Positions 7,078 to 15,843 of a stretch of 64,000 nucleotides of DNA are shown here, piece after piece. The stretch covers positions 15,672 through 79,671 of the forward strand of contig NZ_CANPWG010000054.1 in assembly GCF_947581915.1 (NCBI RefSeq), written 5' to 3'. Within the stretch, counting starts at the first letter, position 1; the number at the start of each line of letters is the position of its first letter. This stretch comes from Candidatus Palauibacter scopulicola. GTDB taxonomy: Bacteria > Gemmatimonadota > Gemmatimonadetes > Palauibacterales > Palauibacteraceae. A program made the translations under genes and the position numbers. Below the pieces are notes generated by a model, which worked only from the letters and a program-made list of their open reading frames with translations, made no database searches and was not told the DNA's origin.

Positions 7078-7710
7078 ATGCGAATCGAATTCGACAAGAT
7101 ACGACGCGCCAAGACGATCAGGACCCCAAGCAAAAAAACGAACGAGAACGACGGCTCTACGGCCCGAGGTTTTGATCCGGAAACGGCGCCCGACCTCTCC
7201 AGGGATGGCTGGCCGGAGAAGTTCGCCAAGCAGTCCGAGAAGGGAGGCCAGCAAGCTGTGAGCATCGACACCACTTTCCTGCGCCGCTGCATCGCTTCGC
7301 TGGAGCGGGCGGTCGAGGGCATCGAGCGGCAGGAGGATCGCGAGGATGTCATGTACGACATCTACCGCGCTGCCTGCGTCAAGGAATTCGAGCTCGTCCT
7401 CGGGCAGAGCGGAAGGTTGCTGCGCCGGCGGCTCGCCGCCTCGTTCGTCAATAGCCGCCAAACGGACCGTCTACACTTCAAGGACCTCTTCCGCCATGCG
7501 GCCCGCCACGACCTCATCGACTGCGCAGCGGCCGAACGGTGGCTGCGCTACCGGGACAACCTGGACGTCACGACGCGCAACTCCGGCGAGGACTTCGCCG
7601 AAGCCACGCTGAAGCTGCTGCCTGGCTTCATCGATGACGCCCGCGCGCTCGCCCACCTGATGGAACGGAAACAGGTGGTGGTCGCGGGGGGCGGCCATGC
7701 GAGCGCTTGA
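7078..7710 (+). CDS. HEPN-like protein resembling the HI0074 nucleotidyltransferase substrate-binding family
   Basis: The C-terminal 150 aa (FLRRCIASLERAVEG...YRAACVKEFELVLGQSGRLLRRRL...RHDLID...WLRYRD) follow the HI0074/HEPN helical pattern. An alternative start is the GTG at 7258, 10 nt after AAGGGAGG. The upstream 60 codons have lower GC. Confidence 0.55.
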   Translation: MRIEFDKIRRAKTIRTPSKKTNENDGSTARGFDPETAPDLSRDGWPEKFAKQSEKGGQQAVSIDTTFLRRCIASLERAVEGIERQEDREDVMYDIYRAACVKEFELVLGQSGRLLRRRLAASFVNSRQTDRLHFKDLFRHAARHDLIDCAAAERWLRYRDNLDVTTRNSGEDFAEATLKLLPGFIDDARALAHLMERKQVVVAGGGHASA

Positions 7711-7716
7711 ACGTCG

Positions 7717-8229
7717 CTATACGCCGAACTGCCTGAGGTGATAGTCGAGGTGTCGCCAGCAGATCGATCCCCATTCCTGCCCTGAGATCGAGCCGCACCA
7801 CGGATGGCGGCCCCACGGCTCGACGGGAGGCTTGTCACTGACGCGATCCACGAGGGCATGAAGTGAAGCGATATCCTCTCGCCACTCGCCCGGAGCCGCC
7901 CTCCGCATCTCGGGAGGAGCACGAAACCTCGCTTTCGGCCACGGCAGCCGGTGAACGAAGAGGTGTCGAACCGGCTTGAACCGAAGCAGCCCCGGGTTCA
8001 CCGCGATGTCCCGGCTACGGAATCTGAGCGCGAGCTTCCCCGGGTTGACCTGAGTGTCGCCCAGCGCGACGCGCAGGTGGTCAGCAACATGGCAGACCAT
8101 TTGCGCCGCCGACATCGTTCCCCAACGGGGATCGCTCTCCGGCAGGAGCCGGTCGATACGCGCGTGCATCCGTGCCACCGCCCGTCGGCTGAGGAGCGTC
8201 GGATTCAACCGCGCGTCCTTCTTTGCCAT
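7717..8229 (-). CDS. DinB-superfamily protein (DUF1569-like)
   Basis: It has His-rich helices (MVCHVADHL) and the C-terminal WRHLDYHLRQFGV typical of DUF1569. Its start overlaps the upstream stop (TGATG). Confidence 0.75.
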   Translation of the reverse strand: MAKKDARLNPTLLSRRAVARMHARIDRLLPESDPRWGTMSAAQMVCHVADHLRVALGDTQVNPGKLALRFRSRDIAVNPGLLRFKPVRHLFVHRLPWPKARFRAPPEMRRAAPGEWREDIASLHALVDRVSDKPPVEPWGRHPWCGSISGQEWGSICWRHLDYHLRQFGV

Positions 8230-9338
8230 CAGCGCTGGGCGGTTACCTGAGTCACGTCGAACCAGTTCACGCGGCGCTCCGGGATCACGCCGCCGACGTC
8301 GCGCTGCACCAGGACCGCGAGCGTGTTCCCCAGGACGTCCATCGCCACGACCTTGTCCGCTACCTGCAACGTCAGGGCATGCCGGGGGCCCTGCTCGGTG
8401 AGTCGAAACATGTCGATGTAGCTGAGGGCGGGGATCACGTCGTCCACCGAATTCCAGTGCGACACGGCCCAGAATCGACGTCCATCATCCACCACCCGTG
8501 CGCCGTACCAGACCTTGGGTCGCTCCCGGATCTCCTCTTCGCTGGAGAACGGGCGGAACCCGCCCGCCGGCAGTGAATTCAGCCATCCCATCAGCGCCGC
8601 CACATCCTCGTCGGACGGATACCGCTCGACGTATGTCGACCGCACGATGGCCGTGGGGTCTTCCGCGTCCCGGTCCGCATACCAGATGAGAAACTCGCCG
8701 AGGCACGTGACGAAGAGCAGACCGCCGCTGCCATCGGAATACCCTGCCCCGAGCGGAGGACGATCCCGGCCGGCCCGCGAAGTCGAGCAATCCACGACGT
8801 CCGCCTCTTCGGGGACCGTCCGTTCCCATATCACACGGCCCGTGGCGGCATCGATTTCCCCTTGTACGGAGGAAGAGCCCGCGCCCGGATCGAACTTCCT
8901 ATAGCGCGCGGTCATCGTCCCCCGCACGGCGGACGGATCGCTGTAGCTCAGGAGGTCCGGGAGCCCCGGCGTGGAGGCGATGAACTGGCCGGGCGGCGAG
9001 AACATGGACACGCGGTTCAGCCGTCTGTCCACGACGCCGATCGTGCCCGCCGGTCCGCGCAGAATATCGCTCGGATCCGTGAACTCACCCGGCCCTTCGC
9101 CCTCCGTGCCGAACGTGAACGAATCGCTTTCGGGGTCGGTGCAGACGACGCGGTACCAATACGTCTCGATGACGCACGCCGTGCCGCCCTCCAGCAGGAC
9201 GACCTCATCGCGCTGGCTGGGAGGGGACACGACGGAGGCGTACGGATCGAGCCGGATGTAGGGCGAAGCGGAATCGCTCGGCTCCCCGCAGGCGGCTGCG
9301 AGCAGGGCGGCGAGCGCGATCCCCGGCGCGGGTCGCAT
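8229..9338 (-). CDS. 6-bladed beta-propeller-type lipoprotein
   Basis: The signal peptide has the lipobox LLAAAC. NHL/TolB-like repeats are present (GEGPGEFTDPSDI..., GTIGVVDRRLNRVSMFS). It is a paralogue of 59472..60686. Confidence 0.7.
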   Translation of the reverse strand: MRPAPGIALAALLAAACGEPSDSASPYIRLDPYASVVSPPSQRDEVVLLEGGTACVIETYWYRVVCTDPESDSFTFGTEGEGPGEFTDPSDILRGPAGTIGVVDRRLNRVSMFSPPGQFIASTPGLPDLLSYSDPSAVRGTMTARYRKFDPGAGSSSVQGEIDAATGRVIWERTVPEEADVVDCSTSRAGRDRPPLGAGYSDGSGGLLFVTCLGEFLIWYADRDAEDPTAIVRSTYVERYPSDEDVAALMGWLNSLPAGGFRPFSSEEEIRERPKVWYGARVVDDGRRFWAVSHWNSVDDVIPALSYIDMFRLTEQGPRHALTLQVADKVVAMDVLGNTLAVLVQRDVGGVIPERRVNWFDVTQVTAQR

Positions 9339-10111
9339 CAGCCGATCGCGAATACGAGGCCGCCCTGGAAGGCTACGTGGCCGGTCTTCTTCCCCTCATC
9401 GTCGATTTCGGACAGGCCCCGGGAGTAGATGACCTCGAACGCCAGGTCCATCGAAGCGGAGAGTCTCACCTGGAACCCGCCGCCGACGGCGAGTCCGAAG
9501 TCGGTGGACTTGACGGCGCTCACGCCGCCCTCCCCGCAGGCGACTTCGGTGTCCTGCGCGCTCGCCGTCCTCCCGGCGCCCCCGGCCCCTGCCGCACCGA
9601 CGCGGTTGGGAATCCCCGGCGGGACTTCGGGGCGCAGGGGTCCGGGATCGACCGACGCCACCGCCACCTGGCAGGAGAGGTTGAAGGCCACGTAGGGTCC
9701 GGCGAGAAGGCCGAAGCTGAGATTTCCCCCTTCGCCGGCGGTGCCCGCGCGGAGGAGCCCGGAGAACTGCACGTAGTCCAACTCGGCCGTCGGCTCGGCG
9801 AGCAGGCGGCTCGCGGTGATCGACGGCGGCACCTCCACGGAGCCGCCCTTCTGGGCAAGTCCCATGCCGAAGCGCACGCCCAGGCCGCCGCTCAGCGGGA
9901 TCCCCGCGTCCACCCCCGCCACGATCCCGCCCCTGGGTTCGTCGAACGCCTGCCCGCCTCGCGCCGCCGCGTCCCCCCCGGACAGGGTCGCGGAACCGAG
10001 GCCGACCCTCAGGCCGATGGTCGTCTGCGCCGCAAGCGGCGCGGCCGCCAGGGCGAGAACCAGAGCCACCGCGTGGATCGCGGCTTGCGCGGAATTGCGT
10101 CCTGCGGACAT
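9338..10111 (-). CDS. outer-membrane beta-barrel (porin-family) protein
   Basis: Start taken at MSAGRN (ATG 10111). The signal peptide ends in AAQ. The body shows an alternating beta-strand pattern and ends in an aromatic/aliphatic C-terminus (GGLVFAIG). It is a paralogue of 13441..14166 and 22576..23232. Confidence 0.75.
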   Translation of the reverse strand: MSAGRNSAQAAIHAVALVLALAAAPLAAQTTIGLRVGLGSATLSGGDAAARGGQAFDEPRGGIVAGVDAGIPLSGGLGVRFGMGLAQKGGSVEVPPSITASRLLAEPTAELDYVQFSGLLRAGTAGEGGNLSFGLLAGPYVAFNLSCQVAVASVDPGPLRPEVPPGIPNRVGAAGAGGAGRTASAQDTEVACGEGGVSAVKSTDFGLAVGGGFQVRLSASMDLAFEVIYSRGLSEIDDEGKKTGHVAFQGGLVFAIG

Positions 10112-10339
10112 GGCGTCTCCCTCCATGCGAATTGCGTGCGCTGGTCGCCACCCACGGAGCGAGGCGGCGGTCCTCCCACGCACCATTCTCCGCCGTTGAC
10201 CTCCGATCATCAACTTCACGCGCTGTTGAGGTGGCTTCCCGCCTTCGTATTATGTGTGGGGCCGCCGCATAGTGTGTGGCGGCCACTTGAAGTCCTCTCG
10301 ACCACATCCTTCACTCTCACACATCCAGGTCTCCGACCC

Positions 10340-11179
10340 ATGATCGATATCAACGAAATCGGTGCGACCGCCTTCGTCATCGCGTCCATCCGGGCGCTGG
10401 AACCCGAGAAGCCGCGGCCGCTCTTCAACGATCCCTACGCGCCGTGGTTCTCGAACGACCGGGCGCGCACGGCCGCCCGGCAACTGGAGGCGGTGTTCCC
10501 GCCCTCGACGACGATGGTCCGCTTCCGCACCCGCTTCTTCAACCGCTTCGTCGAGCGCGGGATCGTGGACGGGGCCCGGCAGGTGGTGCTGCTCGGGGGC
10601 GGCTTCGACATGCGCGCCCACTTCTACCGCGGCACGGGCGCGACCTTCTACGAGGTGGACCAGAAGGCGGTCCTGGAATTCAAGCGCCACATCCTGACGG
10701 ACAACGGGATCGAACAGCCGCCGTCGCTCTTCGCCAACTACCTGGAGGAGGACGTTCCGGGCGGCCTGGCCGACCTCGGCTTCGACCCCGAGGCGCCCAC
10801 GCTGATGGTCTGGGAGGGCAACACGATGTACCTGCCCCCGCAGAGCATCATGCCGTTCCTGAACCGGCTCGGGAGCGCGATCCCGTCGTTCCGCATCGCC
10901 TTCGACTACTTCTCGGTCGACCTGCAGCGCCGCGAATTCGACAACGAAGAGGACCGCAGGCGGCTCGAAGGCGTGGAGCGCGCGATGAACGCCTCGTTCC
11001 CTACCGGCTTCCCCGACCTGACGGTGTTCGAGAAGCAGGCGCCGTTCGAGGTGGCCGAGTCCGGCACGTTCGCGGAGCTCGCGGAGGAATACGGCTTGGG
11101 CGAGATGGTCGCCGAGTACCCCGAAGACTGGCGCGAAACACTCAAACTCTACCGCTACTGCATCCTGCAACGGCGGTAG
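10340..11179 (+). CDS. class I SAM-dependent methyltransferase (leucine carboxyl / O-methyltransferase family)
   Basis: Start at MIDINEIG (ATG 10340). The motif VVLLGGGFDMRA is the typical LCMT-family SAM-binding loop, and a WEGNTMYL motif is present. Confidence 0.85.
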   Translation: MIDINEIGATAFVIASIRALEPEKPRPLFNDPYAPWFSNDRARTAARQLEAVFPPSTTMVRFRTRFFNRFVERGIVDGARQVVLLGGGFDMRAHFYRGTGATFYEVDQKAVLEFKRHILTDNGIEQPPSLFANYLEEDVPGGLADLGFDPEAPTLMVWEGNTMYLPPQSIMPFLNRLGSAIPSFRIAFDYFSVDLQRREFDNEEDRRRLEGVERAMNASFPTGFPDLTVFEKQAPFEVAESGTFAELAEEYGLGEMVAEYPEDWRETLKLYRYCILQRR

Positions 11180-11203
11180 CCGGCGGCGCCCGCCATGGCC
11201 GCA

Positions 11204-12253
11204 TCAGTCACGGGTTCCGTGGCGGTCGAAGAACTCGTCGGTGCGCGCGGGGAGGAGGAGACGGTCGGCGATGGCCGCGATCTCTTCCGCCTCCTTCCAC
11301 GCCTGTTCCAGTATCCAGAGTTCGCCCTCGAGCGCGCGGCGTTCCTGCTCTTCGTGAAGGGACATTTCCAGGGCGAGGCGGGTGGGCGGGGACATGCCGC
11401 GGATGCGTCCCTTCTGGCGCAGCGCGCCGACGCGATCCCGGTTGGCCACATCGGCGAGAAAACGGCTGGGGTGGCCGCTGGATTCGATTTCTGCCACGGC
11501 CCTTTGGACGGCGGAGCGGGAACCGCCCCATCCGTTCAGGTGCGGGACGACGGCCCCCGCCACCCGGCGGGCGTCTTCGCCTGCGAACCACGCTCTCCGC
11601 ATCGACCGTCTGATCTCGACGCCGAAGCCGAGGTCGCCATCGTCCGGCAACAAGCGGATGGAATTCAGATCGAGGAAGCTGAACTTCGCGACGGTGTCCG
11701 GAGTGACGGCGTCACCGTCGTTGGCCTTTCCGCCGACGCGAACCCTGGCCATTGGGCGAAGGTAGGCCCACGCCACCAGGGAGAACGAGGCGGCGGTGCC
11801 CCCTAGCCCGCCGATCGCGGCCATGACCGGGAAGGGGAGCTGCAGACCAACTAGCAACACGCCCCCCGAACTCCCAGCGGTCATGAGAACCGCACGGCGC
11901 ATCCGCTTCCCGAACTGGTCGCCGTACCGCCACGCCGCGAACTCGCCCCGCGGCGGCTTCCCGATCCGCACCAGGTCCAGCCCTTCCCGGTGGCGCGCGA
12001 TGCCGATGTTGTCGGTCGAGGCGCGGGTGCGCGTGTCGCGGAAGATGCGCTCGCAGGTCTCGATCGCCTCCCAGCGCTCCTCGAGCGGGGTCAGGTTCCA
12101 CCGGTAGCACTTCCTGCACACCACCCAGAGCCGCCCCTTCGCCGGATCGAATGCGAGCCTCCGTCCGACCGGGAACTCCTCCACCACCTCGTTGGAGTCG
12201 AGGGGCTTCTTGCAGAAGATGCAGGTCTTGTACACACGCTCGTCCTTGTACAT
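11204..12253 (-). CDS. hypothetical protein with an N-terminal zinc ribbon and central TM segments
   Basis: It has CIFCKK...VVCRKC (a CxxC...CxxC pair), two hydrophobic helices (VLLVGLQLPFPVMAAIGGLGG) and a C-terminal coiled region. I recognise no family. Confidence 0.6.
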   Translation of the reverse strand: MYKDERVYKTCIFCKKPLDSNEVVEEFPVGRRLAFDPAKGRLWVVCRKCYRWNLTPLEERWEAIETCERIFRDTRTRASTDNIGIARHREGLDLVRIGKPPRGEFAAWRYGDQFGKRMRRAVLMTAGSSGGVLLVGLQLPFPVMAAIGGLGGTAASFSLVAWAYLRPMARVRVGGKANDGDAVTPDTVAKFSFLDLNSIRLLPDDGDLGFGVEIRRSMRRAWFAGEDARRVAGAVVPHLNGWGGSRSAVQRAVAEIESSGHPSRFLADVANRDRVGALRQKGRIRGMSPPTRLALEMSLHEEQERRALEGELWILEQAWKEAEEIAAIADRLLLPARTDEFFDRHGTRD

Positions 12254-12287
12254 GCGCTCGGCGTCGGCCGTCAGGCGCCAGGCTGAA

Positions 12288-12307
12288 GTTGCTACGAGAC
12301 GTTCCCG
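12288..12307. repeat. 20-bp perfect palindrome GACGTTCCCGCGGGAACGTC (copy 1 of 3)
   Basis: The self-complementarity was read directly from the sequence. It lies in the divergent spacer between 11204..12253(-) and 12481..13041(+). Confidence 0.9.
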
Positions 12308-12480
12308 CGGGAACGTCCGTCAAGCTTCCGCGAGATTTCGCCGAGGTGCCCAGACGCCGGCGCCATCCCCCGAAGGCGCCGCCGACCGGCGTTCCTCTTC
12401 TTGTCACCGTCCGGTTGGATCGCCGATCATGAGATCCGACAGGGGAAGGTCCCGCTCACCCCCGGCAAGGGAGCGAATTC

Positions 12481-13041
12481 ATGGTTTCCGTGTTCAGTCT
12501 GTGGCTGCCGATCCTGGTCTCCGGCGTGCTCGTGTTTGTCGCGAGCTGCGTCATTCACATGGTCATCAACTACCACCGGCACGACTACCGCGCGCTCCCG
12601 GACGAGGACGGCGTGATGGATGCCCTCCGCGTCTTCGACATCCCCGGCGGGACCTACTCCGTCCCGCACGCCGCATCCCGCGAGGTCCTCATGAGCGAGG
12701 CGTTCCAGGAGAAGGTGAAGCGGGGCCCGGTCGCGTTCATGACGGTGCTGCCCCCCGGCCACCCGCTCATGCGGAGCAGCCAACTCGTGCAGTGGTTCGT
12801 CTACTGCCTCGTCGTGAGTCTGCTCGCGGCGTACGTCACCGGCCTCGGGCTCGGACCGGGCGCGGAGTACATGTCGGTCTTCAAGATCGCCTCGACCGCC
12901 GCGGTCATGGGATACGCGCTCGCCCACGCCCAGGACGCGATCTGGATGTTCCAGGGCTGGCCCGCGACGGCGCGCAGCATGTTCGACGGCGTCGTCTACG
13001 GCCTCCTGACCGGCGGCGCCTTCGGCTGGCTCTGGCCCTGA
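12481..13041 (+). CDS. hypothetical membrane protein
   Basis: 186 aa with SD AAGGGAG upstream. There is one N-terminal TM helix and three C-terminal ones. No domain is recognised. Confidence 0.6.
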   Translation: MVSVFSLWLPILVSGVLVFVASCVIHMVINYHRHDYRALPDEDGVMDALRVFDIPGGTYSVPHAASREVLMSEAFQEKVKRGPVAFMTVLPPGHPLMRSSQLVQWFVYCLVVSLLAAYVTGLGLGPGAEYMSVFKIASTAAVMGYALAHAQDAIWMFQGWPATARSMFDGVVYGLLTGGAFGWLWP

Positions 13042-13451
13042 CCCGGCCCTGAGGCGGCGCGGAGGTGGTTGGAGACGGCGCGGAGGTGGTCGCGCATGGC
13101 CTCTTCGCTGAGCGTGTTGCGGCGCCGGCACTCCACGCTCCACAGGGCGCCGTGGACCTGGGACACGATGAACGAGCCCGCAAGGATGGCGGAAGCGACG
13201 CGGTAGCCGTCGTAGGCGTCATCCGAATCGAACGCGTCGCGCGACTCGCCCCAGATGCCGGCGGCCTGTCCGAGGTGCCCCCAGCCGACGACGCCATCGA
13301 TGACCGGAGCGGCGAGGCTGCGGGTGCAGTCGCCGCGCGCCACCGGGCCCTCGCCCTTGGGCGGCCTGCGCATGAAGAGCATCGAGCACCCGCTCGAGAG
13401 CAGCGCGATGGCGAGGACGGCCGGGAGCGCAAAACGACGTTCACCCGACAA
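12996..13451 (-). CDS. putative lipoprotein
   Basis: The signal peptide has the lipobox LLSSGC. Its start overlaps the stop of the upstream beta-barrel gene. Its 3' end overlaps the convergent gene by 46 nt, so the C-terminal extent is uncertain. Confidence 0.5.
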   Translation of the reverse strand: MSGERRFALPAVLAIALLSSGCSMLFMRRPPKGEGPVARGDCTRSLAAPVIDGVVGWGHLGQAAGIWGESRDAFDSDDAYDGYRVASAILAGSFIVSQVHGALWSVECRRRNTLSEEAMRDHLRAVSNHLRAASGPGQGQSQPKAPPVRRP

Positions 13452-14166
13452 CGAACACGATCCCGCTTTGCAGGGCCAGGTGACGGTTTCGGGTTCCGTC
13501 GTCGTCGATTCGGGAGAGACCCATCGCGTAGATCACGTCCAGTGCCAGGCCGAGTGACGCGCCCAGTCGTACTTCGACCCCCGCCCCGAAGGCCAGTCCG
13601 AGATCGGTGGACCTGAAATCGGCGCCATCTTCCTTGAGGCAGGACGCTTCCGTTCTCCAGGGCGGAGACTTGCTGGAGGGCTGCTGCTGCCCCGATCCGG
13701 GCGGAGAATGGCGTGTCGTCACCGCGATGTCGCACGAATGGTTCAGGGCCACGTAGGGCCCGGCGAGGACGCCGACCTTCAGAAGCCCCCGCTCGGCATC
13801 GGCACTCGCGCGGAAAAGTGCGGAGAACTGCAGGTAGTCCAACTCGGCGGTCGCAACGACGAACGCTCTGCTCGAGGTGACCGACGGCGGTGTGTCCGTG
13901 CCGCCGCCCTTCTGGGCCAGCCCCATGCCGACGCGGAGATCCAGGGTACCGCTCAGGGGGATCCCGACGTCGATTCCCGATACGGCCCCGAATCGGGATC
14001 TGTTGAGTTCCCCCCGTTCCACTTGCGGCGCGTCCCGGGACAGGGTCGCGGTGCCGATGCCGCCCCTGAGACCGATGGTGGTCTGCGCGGCGAGCGGCAC
14101 GGCCGCCAGCGAGGTGAGCAGCGAGGCGAGAAGGGTGACGGTGAAGGACTTCGTCAGGGTGGACAT
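13441..14166 (-). CDS. outer-membrane beta-barrel (porin-family) protein
   Basis: It is a paralogue of 9338..10111, sharing AAQTTIGLRxGxGxATLS, GMGLAQKGG and TAELDYxQFS. It ends in IVFVVG. Confidence 0.75.
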   Translation of the reverse strand: MSTLTKSFTVTLLASLLTSLAAVPLAAQTTIGLRGGIGTATLSRDAPQVERGELNRSRFGAVSGIDVGIPLSGTLDLRVGMGLAQKGGGTDTPPSVTSSRAFVVATAELDYLQFSALFRASADAERGLLKVGVLAGPYVALNHSCDIAVTTRHSPPGSGQQQPSSKSPPWRTEASCLKEDGADFRSTDLGLAFGAGVEVRLGASLGLALDVIYAMGLSRIDDDGTRNRHLALQSGIVFVVG

Positions 14167-15779
14167 GAAGACTCCCGAAGTCTGAACCGCTGGATCTTTC
14201 CCGTCGCCGTCTTCGGCAGTTCGGCGACGAACCGGACCCAGCGCGGGTACATGTAGCGCGGCAGCTCCTCCTTACAGTGTCTGACGAGTTCCGCGGCGAG
14301 CGCGTCACCGGCCGACTCGGCGCCCACCCTCTCCCGGAGCGGCTCCGACAGCACGACGTGCGCCTCCGGCTTCACCAGGCCGTGGTCGTCCTCGCGGCCC
14401 ACGACCGCAGCCTCCAATACCGAGGGATGTTCCATGAGACGGGCCTCGATGTCGAACGGGGAGCACCAGATCCCGCCCACCTTGATCATGTCGTCGGCGC
14501 GGCCCTGGTAGTGGAACCAGCCTGCGGCGTCGCGCACGTACTGGTCGCCCGTGCGGAGCCAGCCGTCGACGATCGTCCGTCCCTCGAGTTCCGGACGGTT
14601 CCAGTAGCCGGGCGTCGTCGAGTCGCCGCGGATCTCGAGTTGCCCCGCCTCGCCGGGCCCCGACTCGGCGCCGTCTTCACCCACGATCCGCGCCTCGTAG
14701 CCGGGGACGACGCGGCCCGTGCTCCCGGGCTTCACGTCGCCAGGGGCGTTGGAGATGAAGATGTGGAGCGCCTCGGTGGAGCCGATCCCGTCCAGGATCT
14801 CGAGCCCCGTCGCCGCCTTCCAGCGGCGGAAGAGGTCGGGGGGCAGTGCCTCGCCGGCCGAGACGCAGAGCCGGAGCGAAGTCAGATCGGGACCGCCCTG
14901 CCCCGCCGGGCCGCCGCCCGCCGCGCCGGCTTGGTCCAGCGCCTGCAACTGGGCGGCGTACAGCGTCGGCACGCCGAAGTACGCCGTCGGGCGCAGCGTC
15001 TCGATCGTCTCGAACGTCGTCGCGGGCGTCGGCCGCCGCTCGTCGAGGATCGCGGTGCCTCCCACCCACAGCGGGAAGGTCATCGCGTTCCCCAGCCCGT
15101 ACACGAAGAAGAGCTTCGCCGCGGAGTAGCAGCGGTCGTCCTCGCCCAGCCCGAGGATCCCCACGGCATAGTGCTCGCACGTGGCGGGCATGTCGCGGTG
15201 GCGGTGCGGCACCCCCTTGGGACGGCCCGTGGTGCCCGAGGAGTAGAGCCAGAACGCGACGTCGTCCGGGCGGGCGGTCGCGGCCTCCAGCTCTGGAGGA
15301 GCGGCGTCGACGTCGTCCAGCACCCCGCCCTCCGCCTCGAGCGCGAGCCCGCGGGCGCCCGTGCGCGCCGCCGCCAGCGCCGGCACGACCTCGGCCGCGA
15401 ACTCCGGCGAGTAGACGACGGCCCGGCACTCCGAGTCGGCGACAATGAACGCGAGATCCCGCGCCCGCATGAGGTAGCTCACGGGCACAGGCACGATCCC
15501 CGCCTTGATCGCCCCCCAGAAGAAAAAGAAGAACTCGGGACCGTCCTTCACGACCATGAGCACCCGGTCGCCCGGCGCGAGCCCGAGCCCGAGGAGCGCG
15601 TTCCCCGCCTGCGCCACCCGCCCGGCCAGTTCCGCGTACGTGACCGTCGCCGCCGCCTGCTCGATGGCGACCTTGCCGCCCCGCCCCTCCGCCACATGCC
15701 GGTCGATGTACCAAGAGGCCGCGTTGAACGTCTCCCCATACCGGAGACGCGCGGGGACCACCGAACGCTCGATTCGCAT
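14154..15779 (-). CDS. benzoate-CoA ligase family AMP-dependent synthetase
   Basis: The AMP-binding motif YSSGTTGRPKGVPHRH is present. The N-terminal NAASWYIDRHV and overall layout resemble aryl-CoA (benzoate, hydroxybenzoate or aminobenzoate) ligases. Size is 541 aa. Confidence 0.85.
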   Translation of the reverse strand: MRIERSVVPARLRYGETFNAASWYIDRHVAEGRGGKVAIEQAAATVTYAELAGRVAQAGNALLGLGLAPGDRVLMVVKDGPEFFFFFWGAIKAGIVPVPVSYLMRARDLAFIVADSECRAVVYSPEFAAEVVPALAAARTGARGLALEAEGGVLDDVDAAPPELEAATARPDDVAFWLYSSGTTGRPKGVPHRHRDMPATCEHYAVGILGLGEDDRCYSAAKLFFVYGLGNAMTFPLWVGGTAILDERRPTPATTFETIETLRPTAYFGVPTLYAAQLQALDQAGAAGGGPAGQGGPDLTSLRLCVSAGEALPPDLFRRWKAATGLEILDGIGSTEALHIFISNAPGDVKPGSTGRVVPGYEARIVGEDGAESGPGEAGQLEIRGDSTTPGYWNRPELEGRTIVDGWLRTGDQYVRDAAGWFHYQGRADDMIKVGGIWCSPFDIEARLMEHPSVLEAAVVGREDDHGLVKPEAHVVLSEPLRERVGAESAGDALAAELVRHCKEELPRYMYPRWVRFVAELPKTATGKIQRFRLRESSCPP

Positions 15780-15843
15780 CGGCGGCTAACCGCTACGGCG
15801 GAGGAAGGACCAACCGGATTGGACGCCAAACCATAATCGTATT

